Source: Parasitella parasitica NRRL 2501 (taxonomy: Eukaryota > Fungi > Mucoromycota). Taken from it: a stretch of 64,000 bases of DNA. The stretch lies in the NCBI GenBank assembly GCA_025201805.1, contig MU619360.1, forward strand, positions 4,616 to 68,615, given 5' to 3'. Position 1 is the stretch's first letter, and every line of letters begins with the position of its first letter. The notes below the pieces were generated by a model. The model was not told where the DNA came from. It searched no databases and worked only from the letters and a program-made list of their open reading frames with translations. Of the stretch, positions 63,991 through 64,000 are shown piece after piece. The translations under genes and the position numbers were made by a program.

Positions 63991-64000
63991 GCATGTTCTT
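63878..64000 (-). CDS. 3' end of a putative Fanzor (eukaryotic TnpB) RNA-guided nuclease; rest lies beyond the window
   Basis: Open frame KNMLTIATSIWCGNGRPQVFKRHTATSNVVVAAHSGESAT*. It resembles the sequence after the RuvC-III R-D-x-N-A-A motif of fungal Fanzors (N-M...G-x-G-R-P-x2-F-x-R). The catalytic motif itself is not visible. Confidence 0.6.
   Translation of the reverse strand, partial: KNMLTIATSIWCGNGRPQVFKRHTATSNVVVAAHSGESAT

Overview
AT-rich, intron-containing eukaryotic DNA. Gene content, short GT-AG introns and the transposon families point to an early-diverging fungus of the Mucorales (inferred; species not determinable). About 22 host genes are supported: the 5' end of a Y14/RBM8A-like gene, two arrestin-domain proteins, an RNF126-like E3, an APH-1 gamma-secretase subunit, a Mei2/AML-type RRM protein, Med13, a small secreted Cys-rich peptide, IDH2, ARG1, a CYP86/704-like P450, a cyclin-like protein, RRS1, an intronless nucleoside-hydrolase-like gene, VMA2, a THEM6-like thioesterase, a KRE2/KTR mannosyltransferase, alpha-tubulin, a PHO2-like homeobox gene and several hypotheticals. 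Mobile DNA includes decayed MULE, Tc1/IS630, LINE and PD-(D/E)xK remnants. Main highlights: (1) a fungal Tau/MAP2/MAP4-like protein with eight KxGS/PGGG microtubule-binding repeats plus the Tau R' tail; (2) the apparent 3' end of a Fanzor/TnpB ORF with three RNA hairpins embedded in the coding sequence (candidate omegaRNA) at the window end, plus a second decayed Fanzor-like C-terminus near 19 kb; (3) a 5.3-kb TA-flanked foldback element with ~1.6-kb inverted arms enclosing a broken zinc-finger cargo gene. Family assignments come from recognised motifs only; no searches were run, and exon boundaries were read by eye.
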